Below, piece by piece: positions 12,520 to 26,870 of a stretch of DNA of 64,000 nucleotides. A program made the translations under genes and the position numbers. The notes under the pieces were generated by a model. The model saw only the letters and a list, made by a program, of their open reading frames with translations. It was not told where the DNA came from and searched no databases. The first letter of the stretch is position 1. Each line of letters opens with the position of its first letter. The DNA is from Epiperipatus broadwayi. Its lineage: Eukaryota > Animalia > Onychophora. The stretch lies in the NCBI GenBank assembly GCA_028023455.1, contig JAQFVV010000004.1:26226001-26290000 (forward strand). The letters are read 5' to 3'.

Positions 12520-15500
12520 ATGGATGTGAGTTCGGTTACTCACAATCCGAATTATAATGTAAAATTTGGTCCATGCATAAAAGCGGCTAACATAGACCAA
12601 ATTACAAAGCAAAATCATTCTAGTTATGGGAAAATTAAAATACAAAATAAATCTAACAAAGGTTCTTGGAGTATTCTAACAAGATCCAAAAAAAAGGATC
12701 CGTTTCTTTTTCATAAAAAAAAAAAAAAAATAAAACTATAAAATATGTCGTACAGAAAAAACCTCTTGAAGGCGTTATCGAAGGTCTAATGGGAGACATC
12801 AGCAATGGAGACTTCATTGGAAGTTCGCCTAATGCAGAAATACAAACAGCCAGCTGTAGCAATCTTACCGAAGCACCAAATCCATTGAATCAAAATCAAA
12901 ATATGTCTTTTGGACAATCCTTAAATATGTCTAATATAACTAATTTAGGAAAAATAAATAAAAGTAATGAGTTGCAAGATAACGTAAATATGAACGTAAC
13001 CACAAGCCCGCACTATAACATGAACCTAGGCTCTGCACAAAACGCTGAGCACTTTGATTGCGGTAAAACAGGGCCTGTTGCAGAAGAGCAAACAAATAGT
13101 CTCAATATACATTCGATGAGAAGCTCATGTAATATTAAGACTAACTATAACAAATGTCTGAAATTAATTAAAAGTTACAATTGTTCAAACTCCCCCAAAA
13201 TTAAAGAAATCAAAGATTTACTTACAGATAAATTAGTTCCTATCACGGCTGACGTTCCAGCGAAAGTCAGCGATGATACAGCCAGCAGCTCCAACGCATT
13301 TACCAAATATAAAAAAATGAATCATAAGAAGAAGAAACAACAGTCACTTAGATTATTTAAAAAATCTAATAAAAAAACCTGCTACAAAATTAATAATAAT
13401 GGTATTGATAAAAAAAAAAACACACTGATAAAAAACCTCTAGAAATGGACATCGGAAAGTCAAATGAAATGATTAATGACTGCATCACTTTAGATTACTG
13501 CTCGCCATGCTTTGATATAACTGGCGCTGCAGTCAAAGTGACAAAACATAGAAGCAATAGAATTAACAGTGCGAATAAAAATTCGAACATAAAGCTTAAG
13601 GCTCTTAATAAATGTAATAGCGATAGCGGAGACAAACAACATATCATAGAAATAATTGAAAACAGTGAGAGCAATTATGAAACAGCACCTAATATTTCAA
13701 AACAAAATAAAACTAAAGTTCTATCTGATGAGGCAACCCCCATTAATAGTAATGAACTCACAATAGAAGACCGAGTTGAAATAAATATAAATCTCAATTC
13801 CGATAATGCCGATATTTTGTGCTCTGGGACTAACATAATAGAGACCAACATAATTACGCCAACATTATATATCAATTACAAGACTCCCGATAAGCATAAC
13901 TGTCAGGATAATGATTGTAAATCGGACAATCTCAATAATTCAGGTCATAATAGGAATAATCCGGAATCTAATCAAAAGGAAAAAAAAAACATTCCATTCT
14001 TAATACATCAATATCTGAGAATATGTCAATTGTACACATGAAGGTGGATGGCACTGCCAATGGCTACAAAACCAAACTTAATAACCAGGAGTCGCACAAT
14101 ACACCTAAATCTAACCCCAGTTTGAGTCATCAAACATCCAAAATCCTGCCCCAAAATATACTAACATACCAGCTAACTCAAAATCAACCCATTTCTGGTG
14201 AACAGAGGGTGCTAGCCGATGATGCTGACTGTTTTTCTTCCACATCAGAAGACAGAATGAACATTATAAACTCATATAGGCCAAAAGCTAATAAAACTGT
14301 ATATACAAATCCCCTTGCATTAAGCCTGGATGATAAGCATCCAAGCACAAAATTACTATCTAATCATAGTCAAATAGATAGTGAATCATTTCCCAGTTTA
14401 ATTTTTCATAACAGCACTAGAAATAACGCAGGATCGCTCAAAGAAATACACTATCCAAATAGAAATAAAAATAATTTACAAACACAATCATTTGAATATC
14501 CATTAGAATCTCATTCCATAGCTGGTCATCCACCACTCAGCACTTGTCACAATAATGTCTCCCCTCCTGTCACTTCAAAACATACCTTATTGATGGGAAA
14601 ACAAGATGAACTTGATCATAATTTGTTAAATCTCACACAAGCAAATAATGCAAATTTTACTAAACTACAAACTAACCCTGCTGATGAAACTAAATGTTTC
14701 ACACTTCCTATGTCATATGCTAGTGCAGCTCAGGCTGGAATGACACAATCTGGGTTGGTTAACCACTCTAGCAATGGCCAACCCTTTCTTCCTGCAGGTC
14801 ACAATAATGATCACCAAGGCAGCAATACAAATCAAAAAACTGTGGGAATGGACATTCTTGAGTTGATAGAACAGCAATCACACTATGAAGATGATCTGGT
14901 TCAAGTGGATCCAATTGAAAGCAATATTACACTAAATCAACTTTCAGTGGAGCCAAATGGATACTATTGTCTCAAATTTTAACCTGACTATTCCAAACAT
15001 GCTTCTGAAATTGCTGGCTAACTATAGCAATGATAAGAGCATTATACTAGCGGTAATGGTCCTAAAGTGTGCTTTGTTTAAATTTCCAATGAATGCCTTA
15101 TTTGAGTTAATTAGAAGAGCAAATATTGCAAACGAAATTCATAGGATTTCTACCCATCCGAATGACCGCTATATAGCAGTCGAATTCAAGACCTGGGCTG
15201 GCAGGAATAACTTTAAAAGAAATTTAAAGTATTGGATGATAAGATCATAGTAACTGTAGATATAAACAGATCATCCACTCTAAATGGGTCAATAAAAGAT
15301 TGCATTACAGCAATAGATGAATCTTATTTACAAGAGATATTGGAACCCTTTGACAAGGTGACAAGTTTCACCTGCCTTCCAATTGACAAAACATTTAACA
15401 ACATTCTCTTGAACAAAGCAACATTTAGACTGCTCCTAAAAAAGGGAATAGTGCCAACAGATATTCCAACAGTGTTGTCGGATAGAGGCTGTCCCATGAT

Positions 15501-16433
15501 ATTATCTTTTTCAGGTGTTAGGCTACAGTGCTTCTACTGTGGACAAAGAACTCACCTGATTAAGGAGTGTTTGAATCGTATATGTATATCTTGTGGTCAA
15601 AAAAAAGGTCGCACTCATAGATGTAGGCAACAACAGACTTCACATTCAGTTCTGGAGGTACAACATGCTTTACAATAACCGAGTGCACAACACTACAATG
15701 TAGAACAGCAGGATGAACTCAACTTAAAGTATACAAATAAAAAAAGTATCCTAATACATGAAAGGAATCAGCCCTCCTTAATTAGCAATAATCAGGATTA
15801 CAAACATAACACATCGCATAACTATAGTCACCAAAACAGTAATCAAAGGCCATTGGAATCAAAACCAAAAGATTCACACAATTCTGGACCTAGGAGTTTG
15901 CATGAAGGCCTAGGCTTTAGCTCAGTTACAGCATCTAGTAATAGAGCTGGTGAAAACAATATAGACGATGATCAAACCAAACAAAAAAAAAGATGGAAAT
16001 ACCTAAACCTAACTCCATCCAAGGTAAATATAACATCTCACCAAGTCCTAGTGATACACTGATAGCTGTGGCTAATGAAAATATCAATCCTTGCCAAACA
16101 CCGGTAGATTCTGCCGCTTCCTGGTGTGCAGATGAGATGGAGAGATTCATCACTCCTAGCACCAGTCATAAAAGAAAACCATGGGTTGTATCTAGTCCTA
16201 GCTCAGAAGAAGAAGAGATGGCATTCCCAGTGAGGCAAAAGTCTAAACCCACAATATCAAATGCAACGAACAATAAGCACAAAGGAGCCACAGAAAAGAA
16301 ACGCAAGATTAATCTTCCATCTGATTTGTTAACTGGTTATCCTACCAATGGTTTGCCTGTGGACCTCCTCACTTCAGATTTAAACATCCCTCCAAACATC
16401 CGCAAGGAAATTAATAAAAAAAAAGTCTGCTGA
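12520..16433 (+). pseudogene. ORF1 (gag-like nucleic-acid-binding protein) of the L1/Tx1 element, ~1300 codons when rejoined
   Basis: The track ORFs 12520, 12789, 13445, 14023, 14957, 15232, 15853 and 15993 join via frameshifts, mostly in A/T runs, plus one TAA (15676). Contains an RRM-like segment (IHRISTHPNDRYIAVEFKT) and CFYCGQRTHLIKEC (CX2CX4HX4C). Confidence 0.75.
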
Positions 16434-16480
16434 TGCTTCATTGAAACCGCCTGCAGTGGAATCTAGCGGGCCACCTTGCA

Positions 16481-19400
16481 ATGGATAACAATAAATGTTT
16501 AATCTCTGCTGTCAATGTCTGAGGTATTAATTCCCTCGGTCGTATTAATGCCATCAGGCATTTCTTTAGGCAAAACTCACCACATATGTTGTTCATAGGT
16601 GAAACAAAATATCACCTAAACTCAAACTACTTCATAAAATCAGAACTTAGTAAAATAGGATTCACCCATTTATCTACAGGTCATGCGGCTAGGGAAGGAG
16701 TTGGGGTAATAATAAATAATCTTCTGGCTCCAACCTCCTTCAGAACAATTTATCTAGATCAGAACCTAATTGCCTTGGAGTTTACCTTCTCCTTGAATAC
16801 TTTCAATGTGATTTATGTATACAGCACCAATGTTCATGCAACACTGCTGAAAATAGTCCACACAATTAACCTAATTACTAATAATAATAATGCACCTACC
16901 ATTCTGCTCGGTGACTTTAACATCTCCTATGAATCCTTCACAAAAAAATATTTACCCCTACTCAACAAAGTATTTCTCAATGGGAGGGGATTCTTTCCAC
17001 CTGATGCATTTTCATTCTATACAAAAAACAGTCGCACACTCATTGATCTAATGTTCTACTCAGCCGAATTGCACTATGGGATAGAGGCTAGACTGCAACC
17101 GACAGCCTTTTCGGATCATTTTGCGATTATGGCATCCATAGAGCTGAACAACTTTCAACAAATTGAGGTCAACTGGAGTCTCAGAATGTTCACTAAAACC
17201 AACGCCACTGAGGCATTCTTCTCAGAGGCCTACATTCTTTTTCACAAGGTGAACCTCATATACCTACACCCGGTCGAGGCCTGGACTACATTTATAGGCA
17301 TTATTCAGTCGCTGATTACTCAATACACCTTCAAGCTTAAGGGAACAACCACACTGATGCGTGAATTGGACAGCCTGAATTGGAAAATTAAAAACTTCAA
17401 TGGTCAGGATCACAACATTGAATACTTACTTGAGCTAAAAGCTTCATACAGATCAAAACAATCAGCAGTAGCAGAGATAAAAGCTACAAAAAATGCAAAG
17501 AATTACCTGCCAGCTCAACATTGCTGGACCTGGGGATATCTCAGGTGGCCTCTGGGGGCCAGAAAGAAACAGGAGGTTCCTACTTCATTGCTAATCAATG
17601 GTGGCAGCCTTACTGGTGTGAATATGATTTTACACATAGAGAACCACTTTCAAAACCTTCTCTTAGGTCACCGCACAAACCCTGCCTTGGAGTGGGTGGG
17701 CACAATCGGAGAGGCAGATCATGGTATTACACTCCAAGACATCACCAGTAGGTTGCAGGGTCTCCCAGACTGTTCATCCTGGGATTCATGCTATCCTGAA
17801 GTTTGTGTTCACTCACTTAATTTTTTTTACTGCGAGGATTATATTAAACATGTTAACCTACCTCGCCATTGAAAGGAGAGTAATTCCTAACCTATATCCA
17901 ATCGCCATGGTTCCATTCATTAAAAAGAACCAGGATCCTACCTCTCTTAGCAGTATCAGACCAATATCGATGACTCCAATTTTGTTCAAAGTCATGGAGG
18001 GTATAATAAAAGAAAACATTCAGAATGCCATTCTACAGGATATATCGGCCTCTCAATATGCAAGGAAGGGATCATCGGTGCTGACTGCAATTGGTGAAGT
18101 GAAAATTCTGCTTGATCACATTAGATCTAACAGAAAATCCCGGCCTGTAGCAGTCCATCTGGATGTGTCCAATGCTTTTGATACAGTAGATGTCAACATT
18201 CTTCTTGAATTGCTATCTCAGTTGGACATATCAAAACAGATAATTCAGATATTGGACTAGGCATATTCATATTTCCATAAATGGACATTACACAGATGGA
18301 TTTGGCCCTTCAAGATCCATACCACAAGGTTCACCGTTGAGTGGTCTATTGTTCATAAAGTACATTGACCCTCTGATTAAAGAGCTAGATCAGCTTCCAG
18401 GTATATATGTGCCCCGGCTTAAGAAAAACATCAAGGTTTTTGCATACATGGATGACATACTTGTGATTCTTCCATCCCGTAAATATCTGAAGACACTTCA
18501 TTCCATAATTACCAATTATACTAAAGATTATAAATTATCCATCAATCCTCACAAGTCATCATCCTGGTGCATCAACACTGGTAGGAAAATACTATCCAAT
18601 TTTTTAGCGGAACCTCAGTGTTTTCTGGGGTTTCCTATCTTCAAGTCACAGACTGCTATGTCTGTCTGCCTACAAAAATCCATCATAAGCAATGCTACTA
18701 AGGTGGTTCAGTCGCTGTCAAGGACATACCTGTCCCTACAAGGGAAGATTGCTCTTATTAATATGAAGATTATGGCGAGCATAAATTACTACCTGCCAAT
18801 AATGACAGTTACCAAATCATTCACCTTACAGATTCAGAGGCTCTGTGGTCAGCTCTTATGGAGAGGTCGGATCACTGATATTAGCATCCGCAGACTTCAG
18901 TTTCACAGGAAACAGAACGGTATGGGTCTCCATTTCAATACAGACAATCAATTTCCAAAAAGGGCATTCACTTTTAGTAAACCTGGGGAAAAAATACCCT
19001 CTATCAAATATTATAGAGACTGTAATACCTACTGACAGACCTCCCCCCAGTAAACACACATGGCTTGACACCATTATTAAACAACAATCTCTATACATCG
19101 GGCACTCAATAACAGAGTTTAATAATAAAATCAACATCTGGCAGGCACATTGCCTGCTAAATCCTGTTAATACAGTTATTTATGCTTACCTAGGGTGCAG
19201 CAATCATAAAATCACCTCAATATTTAAATATCTGCTACTGAAGCCCAAACTTTTGGATTATCTGATCAAGGTGAATATGGATTCCATGCCAACTAATACA
19301 TTCTTATACTACAAGCGGTTTCTAAATAAAATAGACCCTATTTGTCATGCCTGTTCTAGAGGAGAGGAGTCCTTTAATCATCTGTTAAATATATGTCCAG

Positions 19401-19699
19401 GCTATAACAGTATTCGAAGAATTATCTCTCAACACTGCATTATAGCAGTGGATAAAATCCTGGACATCAGGGGTTGTCTCTTCTCTGGAGATTTTACAGT
19501 AATCAGGTTATCAATCTTCCTGACATATGCTTTTTGGTACACAAGGTGCAGGACAAAGTTCACACAACCAACACCAGATCCCAATGCTATATTTTGCGAT
19601 AAGCTCAAAGCTCTTCAAGACAAGGATAAGATAGTATCCTCTAGATTTTTGTTTAATAATACATGGAGCCTACTAGTATGGCCCACATACTCTACATGA
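16481..19699 (+). pseudogene. ORF2 (APE endonuclease / reverse transcriptase) of the L1/Tx1 element
   Basis: ATG at 16481 is in frame with 16586 through NV*GIN (TGA 16520, expected Arg). APE motifs: FIGETK, LGDFN, IDLMF, SDH. RT motifs: RPISM, LDVSNAFDTV, IPQGSPLSGLLF, YMDD, GMGL. C-terminal CHAC...ESFNHLLNIC. Frameshifts near 17775, 18260 and 18935. Confidence 0.92.
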
Positions 19700-21458
19700 A
19701 TTTTGGACCTGATATATCCACATTGTAGTGTAGAAGAAGTAGTCTGTGTTGCAACATGTCGGATTCTACTAGAGGGGCATTGATTTCACACTACATGTAT
19801 CCCAGCTGATAAGTTAGCATTATTGGGTCATTCTCTGTACTGGCAGGGGTGGGCAATACCAACTAAATAGTACGTATTTGCTCATATTATAACCTGCTAG
19901 TGCGGAGAATGGCTCTTGCATACTTTTTCCAGACCAACACCAGCAATAGATGAGCCAACATTAACAAAGTGTTTTTATTATGCATCTGTACAATTTCATA
20001 ATGTCAATAAATATATTTTTTAAAATAAACTTAGTTTTATTTATAAACTTTTTTACATCATATTTTAAGTTGCCATTGTTATAGCAATGTATTAAGATTC
20101 TATTTTTCACTCAAAATTTTAAACTATTCAGCCATGGGACAAATTCCTGTTGCTTCAAGATTTCCACAATCATCAATTTTCCATGTGAGAATATCTTTTT
20201 AAAAAGTTACAGCATGTTTTATCAATAAAAATATTTCAAGTTACATAATAATATCAAAACAATATTTGAAATTAAAATATTATATAGTTTTGATTAAATT
20301 CAAATATGTAAGTTATATATATATATTAAAAAATTAATTTAATTAGCATCATAATAGACAGATCTCTTTTTAAAAAAAAAAGAAATGAAATTCTATATTA
20401 AAGTCTTAAAATAATATTTCTTTAAATTTAAAACAAAAATAATAAATATACATCCACACACATACATTTCAAGCAATAAACTAATGATATACTAATTATT
20501 TTAAATTGCTTCAGTAATATACTGTAACTTTCGATAATATGAAAATAAAATAAAAATAAAAATATTACTATCTCAAAACTATCATGGTTCAACCTGAATG
20601 TGGACCAAAGAAGTACAACATGGCTAGCATGAATATGTAGGAAAGGTTACAAAGCATACATGAAGATAACAATCTCTAATATTAAACAGTGATTAAATTA
20701 ACTTTAAGATTTAGAGTAAAAATATTACAAGATAAATCGAATTTCTATACTACTAAATAGTTAATAATCAGATTTATGAAATGAATATGGAAAATTGAAT
20801 TATAAGTTGGGTGATAAATGGACCAAGTTGTAGATGAGTGAACGGGTGATGAAAGGCAAATAGTGATTAACTAATGAAAATGAATAAATTTAAGATTGAG
20901 GAAAAGAAAAAGAAAATATGTTAGAGTGATGAATAATTAAGATGGTAATAGAATAAGAGTTAATGATTGATGAATCAATTATGATAATGATTTAAGATAA
21001 AATGAGGCTGAAAAATAAAAGAAAGGAAATATATAGATGAGCCATATTAATGATGTTGATGATAAAGAATAAAATTCTGAATTACAAAACTCTTATTATG
21101 CCAAACAACAGCAAGACAATAATGATATAAAGCAAGGGTTCTAAGCTTGACTAAAACAAAATATCTATCCACTAAATTAAAATAGATTATAAGTTTTAAA
21201 CTAGAAAAGAAACTTACATCTTAAAATTACACTGAATCAATAAACAATAAGAATAAACATAAAAGATCAAGGCAAAGCATAATAAATAACTTAAGAAATG
21301 AAAAATTACACTGGATTCAATATTGAGACTATTAGGTAATAATTTACTTCTCTCATGGTTCAAGTAACTTAAAAATTACTATTCTAAAAAATATATTTGG
21401 ATCAGTGAGAGGTACTTTGCCACTACCCACATATAACAAGCAAAGACAGCTCATGAAG

Positions 21459-21524
21459 CAAAATGAGATTAGTATAGAACATGTGACAATTCAAAATGAG
21501 ATTAGTATAGAACATGTGACAATT
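21459..21524 (+). repeat. Perfect 33-bp tandem duplication
   Basis: caaaatgagattagtatagaacatgtgacaatt x2. The paralogous position at ~29280 has a single copy. Confidence 0.9.
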
Positions 21525-22129
21525 CAAATACTAGCAATAAAAATGAACTTTATGAAGCATTAATAATTTCTCAATAAAGCAAATATAATAATTTACAAAT
21601 TATCTTTATTTAACAACCATGGACAATATGAACAAGATCAAAGAATGATGTATCTAATGATTGAGATAAACAGGTTACTCTAAAGACTAAATATTTCATC
21701 TTTAAAATATTAATTAAAAATAATACCTATGTTTAAGATCAACTGTGTCTTGATCAAGAAACCATAAAGCTTTATATACTCTAAATCTAAGAACTTAATG
21801 CAACATATTTTGATATGCTACCACACAATAAAATTTATTATATTAACCAATGATGATTTTATGAAAACAGTAAAAATAATGTTGATAGCAATAGCAATAA
21901 CAGTATGGATGGAATTAGCAATAAGGCTGCAGTCAACTAAGTATATTTCCAAACAAAATTTATTTACATTATTTACAAGTTTTGTGAATATACTAATAAC
22001 AATAAAGACACATACATAATTTTGGAAAATTGTGACAGAAAATTACATAAAACAAGATTTTATTGTGCCATTTTATGATTAAGGGAAGATCTCTTAGGAT
22101 CTATTTAATACTTTAATAAATTATTAACT

Positions 22130-22370
22130 TTTAACTGATTATTACTCAAACTTATTACTCACAGGACTTTATTGGATTTACTATGCATTTTATATTAAAA
22201 ATTATTACCTATTAATTTGTTACTACTTAAATTTATTACTTGCATTGATTTTATTAGATTTATTATGCATTTTATATTTTAAATTATTACCTTTTAACTT
22301 ATTATTACTCAGATTTATTACTTACATTGCATTTACTTTTAACATATTGTACTTTTATATTTTACTATCT
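22130..22370. repeat. Degenerate AT-rich minisatellite
   Basis: Recurring ttattactc / atttattact / tatgcattttatatt..aaattattacct units. Confidence 0.55.
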
Positions 22371-23214
22371 TTTAATAGCATAATTTTAAAAACTTACTCA
22401 CTTTAAATAAACACAGGAAATATATTTCAAAATCTCTATTCAATGGTTAATAAACTACAAATATTATCACACAAGAAAACACAATAAATATACTTAGAAT
22501 ATAATAGTAGAGATTATTGACATCTTTCTTTAATCAATTTATTTAAGAATAAAAAAACTTATTAGCATTTTAAAACAACATGGATATAAATGATCTACAA
22601 AATAGCTTAATGGTATAGATGAGATCATCTTGAATGGATAGGCATTAAATAACAATCTACTATAAAATAACTTTTAAGTAATATTATCTTTTATCATCAT
22701 TTTGCTCAGTGCTAAGTACAATCTACATTTTCAAATAGCATATTTCAGAAATGATTGTACTGTTATTGACACCAGACTATTATAACTTAGGAATATTGAA
22801 CATAATAAAACATATGATACATCCAAATATATAGAGGAGTTGAGCTAAGGCAAAGTGAACCAGCTAATAACCTAAAATACAGTCATCTCGTGACTGCATA
22901 TGCTTCTGGAGGACCTTTGGGGATATAAAAGGGGCAATCACTCCCTTGTTTAACAACTATGCCAATGCTTGGTTTAAAATACTGGAGTCACTTCTGGATC
23001 ATGTGTAGGTATATGAGAAGAGGAAAGGGATAGTAAATCCCTTATTTAACATCTAGATCAATACACTGCAAAATTATGGCCTTAATCAGCTCAAAGTTTG
23101 ATGGGCATCATTCATGACTCACAATGGTCATTTATATCATCACTCAGAGAAAGAGAATAAATTCATCTGATGTGATACAACATGGACCTACCACCTATTC
23201 TAAAATATTGCACA

Positions 23215-25200
23215 CTTATCATTATAATTATTCAACATGATAACAGATAAATCTTATACTAATATTACTGACTATGAATATATAAAGTCACTAGCAAAAT
23301 GGAAAATATTACTATTTGACACATAAAGTTTATAATTACCATTATCAATTTGAGAAGGACCTATAACTATAGGTGTTATTAGGTAATAATCAATTAAGCA
23401 TTACATTTATTACACACCATGTTTAATGCACTTAAATTAACTAAAGTTATATACTACCCATTTATTATTATTGTTTAACAATTATAGCTTTTATTCTAGA
23501 AACAAAAATATCAAGAATAAACTGTAATCGTTTCTTACTTGTGTTCATATTTTTAAAAAATGAACGAAATTCACAACAAATAAGATTACTTTACCTTTTT
23601 TATATTTATATTTGATCAAATTTAACATTTATCATACTTTTTTTTACACAAACCGGTTTTTATAACTAATAATGCATACAATATATAAGACAAAACACAC
23701 ATAATATTTATGATAATAACAGATAATGACATAAATATGTTGTTTCAGCTTCCTTCTTGAGAAACTAAGAAAAACAGAATCTTGATTCCCAATCTTAAAA
23801 AAAAAAAATCTGCGACATTATGTGATTGATAAATATTCGTTTGCACTTGAAGTATAATTCATATTTTTTTATCATTAAACTGTAATTCTAGAACATTGCT
23901 GGATCTATAAACAATCATAGTTTCATCTGTTAACTTCAGCAGTTTGTTATTCCAGAAACTAAAAAGAAGTTGAAGATAAATATTGATTCTTATTTTCATT
24001 ACGTATATGTATATCATATACTTAATTGACTAATGACAATATTTAATAATTAACACCCCAGAAATGCTATCCACAATATAATTAACACAGCAATTAATAT
24101 ATCAAAATTTATGTTGATATTTGATTTACTTTTAATGAGATTCTAAAACTTTGGTTAATAAACATATCATTCCACTAGTTAAATTGCAATATGGAACATT
24201 TTAGCCTTGCCATAATGCAAGTGTTAAAAGCAATACTGAGAATACATCATACTAAACCTCTCAATAAATATTTTATAAACTTTATAATTTAATAACTTCA
24301 TTTATATTATTTTTTTTAAATTAAACTGAGAGAGTGCAAACCTCTCAAGTGCTTAGCCAATCAGATCACAAATACTGAGACAGAGAATTTATCAAGAAAA
24401 GAGTGGTTCCACTCTCTTCTTTACTTGTCTTTCTATATATCCAAGCCAGTCCAAAGTACTTACATCTGAAAACACAAATCTTAAATATCTTCACACTCAA
24501 CTCACTGAGTTCTAATTATAAACATACAGCGTGAAATCTTTCGATTTAATGTGCAGTAGTTTTTTCGATGTTATAACTTGCAGGAATATATGTAAATAAT
24601 ATTTATTTTTACAAAGCGCAGATGGTATTGAAATTAAACTGAGATTATGTAGATATAAGTTATTATTGTGCTTTATTTAATAACAATATAGTATTTTTTA
24701 TATATATTATTTTCTCCATGATTATAGCATAATAGAATCATGAAAGTTGAAGTTAGCTTTAATATAATATTTCACTTTAGTTTAAACAAGTCATGAGTGC
24801 CTTATAAATTCAAAAATAGCAATGGAAGATATTAAATAATTACTCTATTATTCTACTTATTCTTAAATTTATTTTGACTAAAGGTACAAAATAATTTTAT
24901 TTTCTTTCTTCTCACCATCCCGAATAAGTCATAATTATTTTTATAATGCACACAGTGAATATAATAATTAAAATAGTTACAAAATAAAAACAAAATTTCA
25001 AGCTTATGAACATTCACTATTTTGGTGGACTTTTCTTCTTTCTATATGTCTGCCAGTTTTAAATGTGAACCTTTACAATTATCAATTGACAGAAGTGATG
25101 TGTTTCATGTATGTCATTCAAATGGAGTTCCTAATCCATTATTTGCTAATTAAAATACAATTCATTTCCATTTTTAACTCAATCAAAATTCAATTTTACT
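23215..25200 (-). pseudogene. Ancient CR1/L2-like LINE ORF2 relic, internally deleted (copy 1)
   Basis: Degenerate minus-strand peptides: LNFD*VKN...ELHLNDIHET (APE-like), SNVLELQFNDKK...KLKQHIYVI (CR1-type post-RT), NTYSYRSFSN* (CR1-type C-terminus). Many stops and frameshifts. Confidence 0.45.
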
Positions 25201-26124
25201 TTTTGATAATTTCCAGTTGCATGATTTTCAGATGTTGTTATCATTTCCTCCATTTAATTCACTTTGTTCTCCCTTGTTGTTCTCATGTTCTCCCTATAAA
25301 AATCGGTGTTAGCCTATCTATAAATGTTGATCACAGAAAATTATTGTGAAAATTAACAAACCAATTTTGTTCATACATTAACATACAATTAACAATTCTC
25401 CATCTATAAACATCGTGATAATTAATTAAGCTGATCAACATTATTTTAAATTGCAATAAAAATATGTTTAATAATTAATTATAGAGATTAATTGAGAATA
25501 GTTATAATTTTAATTTTTTTTTGGCTATAATTTAATAATAATAAAATATCAAATAATTCTATACTTTTAATTTAATTATAACATTAATAAATTCTTATTT
25601 TTGATTCTATTGGAATCAATCCATCTGACAGACTGCAAATAAAATTCTCCTACACAACCTGACAGAAGGCTTAGCATATCTTGAACAGCTCAATTCTATA
25701 TCACTTTCAAGAGATTTGTTCACTAAAATTTATTTATTTTTAATTATTAACATAATTTAGCAAACACGATAACGCACTATTGGTATAATATACGTATTCA
25801 ATATTGAATAATTATTATTTAGTTATTATCAATTAAAGTTTAAATTTTTATATAATTGACCATTTAAATATCACTTGACAAGTATCGAGGTCAACCATAT
25901 TGTTACAACTTTCCCTTACTGGCAAAGGGAAAATTTAAAATTTTTATATCTATTGTCAAATAACATATGGTAATTACCTGATTAAAAAAAAAAACAGAAA
26001 AGTTTTTATCCAATAAGCATTTTTTTCTAAACAACTTATTGATATAATCAATAATAAGATTCATTGCCTAATATAACCAGTTTTTCTGCATGTTTACTCC
26101 TACATACATTTGCAATAAAATAGG

Positions 26125-26870
26125 GTGAAGCTCTCATTTTAGGAGGTAAGTAATTTTCTATTCTACATGGTCTCCTATCAGTTGTAAGATTGATTAATGT
26201 ATTACTACCCAATGTGTAATCAAATCACATTTATGATAAGATAAGGAAAGGGCCTCATCTTGGGAGGTAGGTAATATTATCTCACATGGTCTATCAAGGC
26301 AAAAATCCATGAAAATGTAAGGAGATGGCCTCATGCTTCTCAAGGGTTCTCTTATCACCTGAAATCAATTGGCAATCAACACACTTATCCACAGAGAGAT
26401 ATGGTGATAGCCTCATTTTTGGAGGTAAATAATCTATCTCATAATGCCTATTGAGGCACATATCAATGAAAAGATAAAAGAGATGGCCTCATCTTTAGAA
26501 AGAGATAACTCATCTCATATAGTCTATCAAGACATATGGCTATGAAGAAGTAAGGAGATGGTCTCATCTTGGGAGATAGGTAATCAACATCACATCGTGT
26601 ATCAAAAATGTATCAAGGAAGAGATAAGGAGATGACCCCATCTTGGGAGGTAGGTAATCCATCTCACAAGGTCTATAAAAAACCTATCTATAAAGAGATA
26701 AGGAAAGGGCCTCATCTTGGGAGGTAAGTAATCCTTCTTACATAGCCTCCTACAACAAGAAAGGTTGATCAATGTATTATCAACCAATGATAATTAATAC
26801 ACATATCAATAAAGAGGTAAATAGAGGGTCTAATCTTAGGAAACAAATAATCTATCTTACCATCAAAACT
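26125..26870 (-). repeat. Degenerate ~75-bp coding-type tandem repeat (about 8-9 units)
   Basis: Plus-strand gataagg.gatggcctcatcttgggaggtaggtaat recurs at ~26125, 26240, 26320, 26400, 26475, 26550, 26625, 26700 and 26815. Minus strand gives a 25-aa unit, approximately DRLYEMDYLPPKMRPSPYLFIDxCL. Confidence 0.8.

Larger units (their letters stand above)
12400..20030 (+). mobile_element. Near-full-length L1/Tx1-type non-LTR retrotransposon, disabled
   Basis: ORF1 with CCHC knuckle, 47-nt spacer, ORF2 with APE + RT + C-terminal Cys/His motif, ~300-nt 3' UTR, AATAAA at 20006. The 5' boundary is approximate and no clear TSD was seen. Confidence 0.9.
20550..25230 (+). repeat. Diverged direct segmental duplication, partner at ~28465-31215
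   Basis: Collinear blocks 20550-21720/28465-29515, 23215-24290/29515-30600 and 24640-25230/30620-31215. This copy has extra sequence at ~21790-23210 and ~24300-24640. Confidence 0.85.

Noticed and set aside
12653-19137. Minus-strand or nested ORFs within the L1/Tx1 element (12653, 13675, 15935, 17521, 18856)
   Set aside because: Short, with no recognisable motifs; shadows of ORF1/ORF2.
24300-24640. Insertion in one duplicate ending in cagcgtgaaatcttcgattt, reminiscent of PLE pseudo-LTR ends
   Set aside because: No HHR core, TSD or second copy found; the resemblance is too weak.
26125-26870. Regularly spaced motif resembling a CRISPR array
   Set aside because: The intervening sequences are themselves homologous, the units are degenerate and keep a 25-codon periodicity, the context is eukaryotic, and there are no cas genes.
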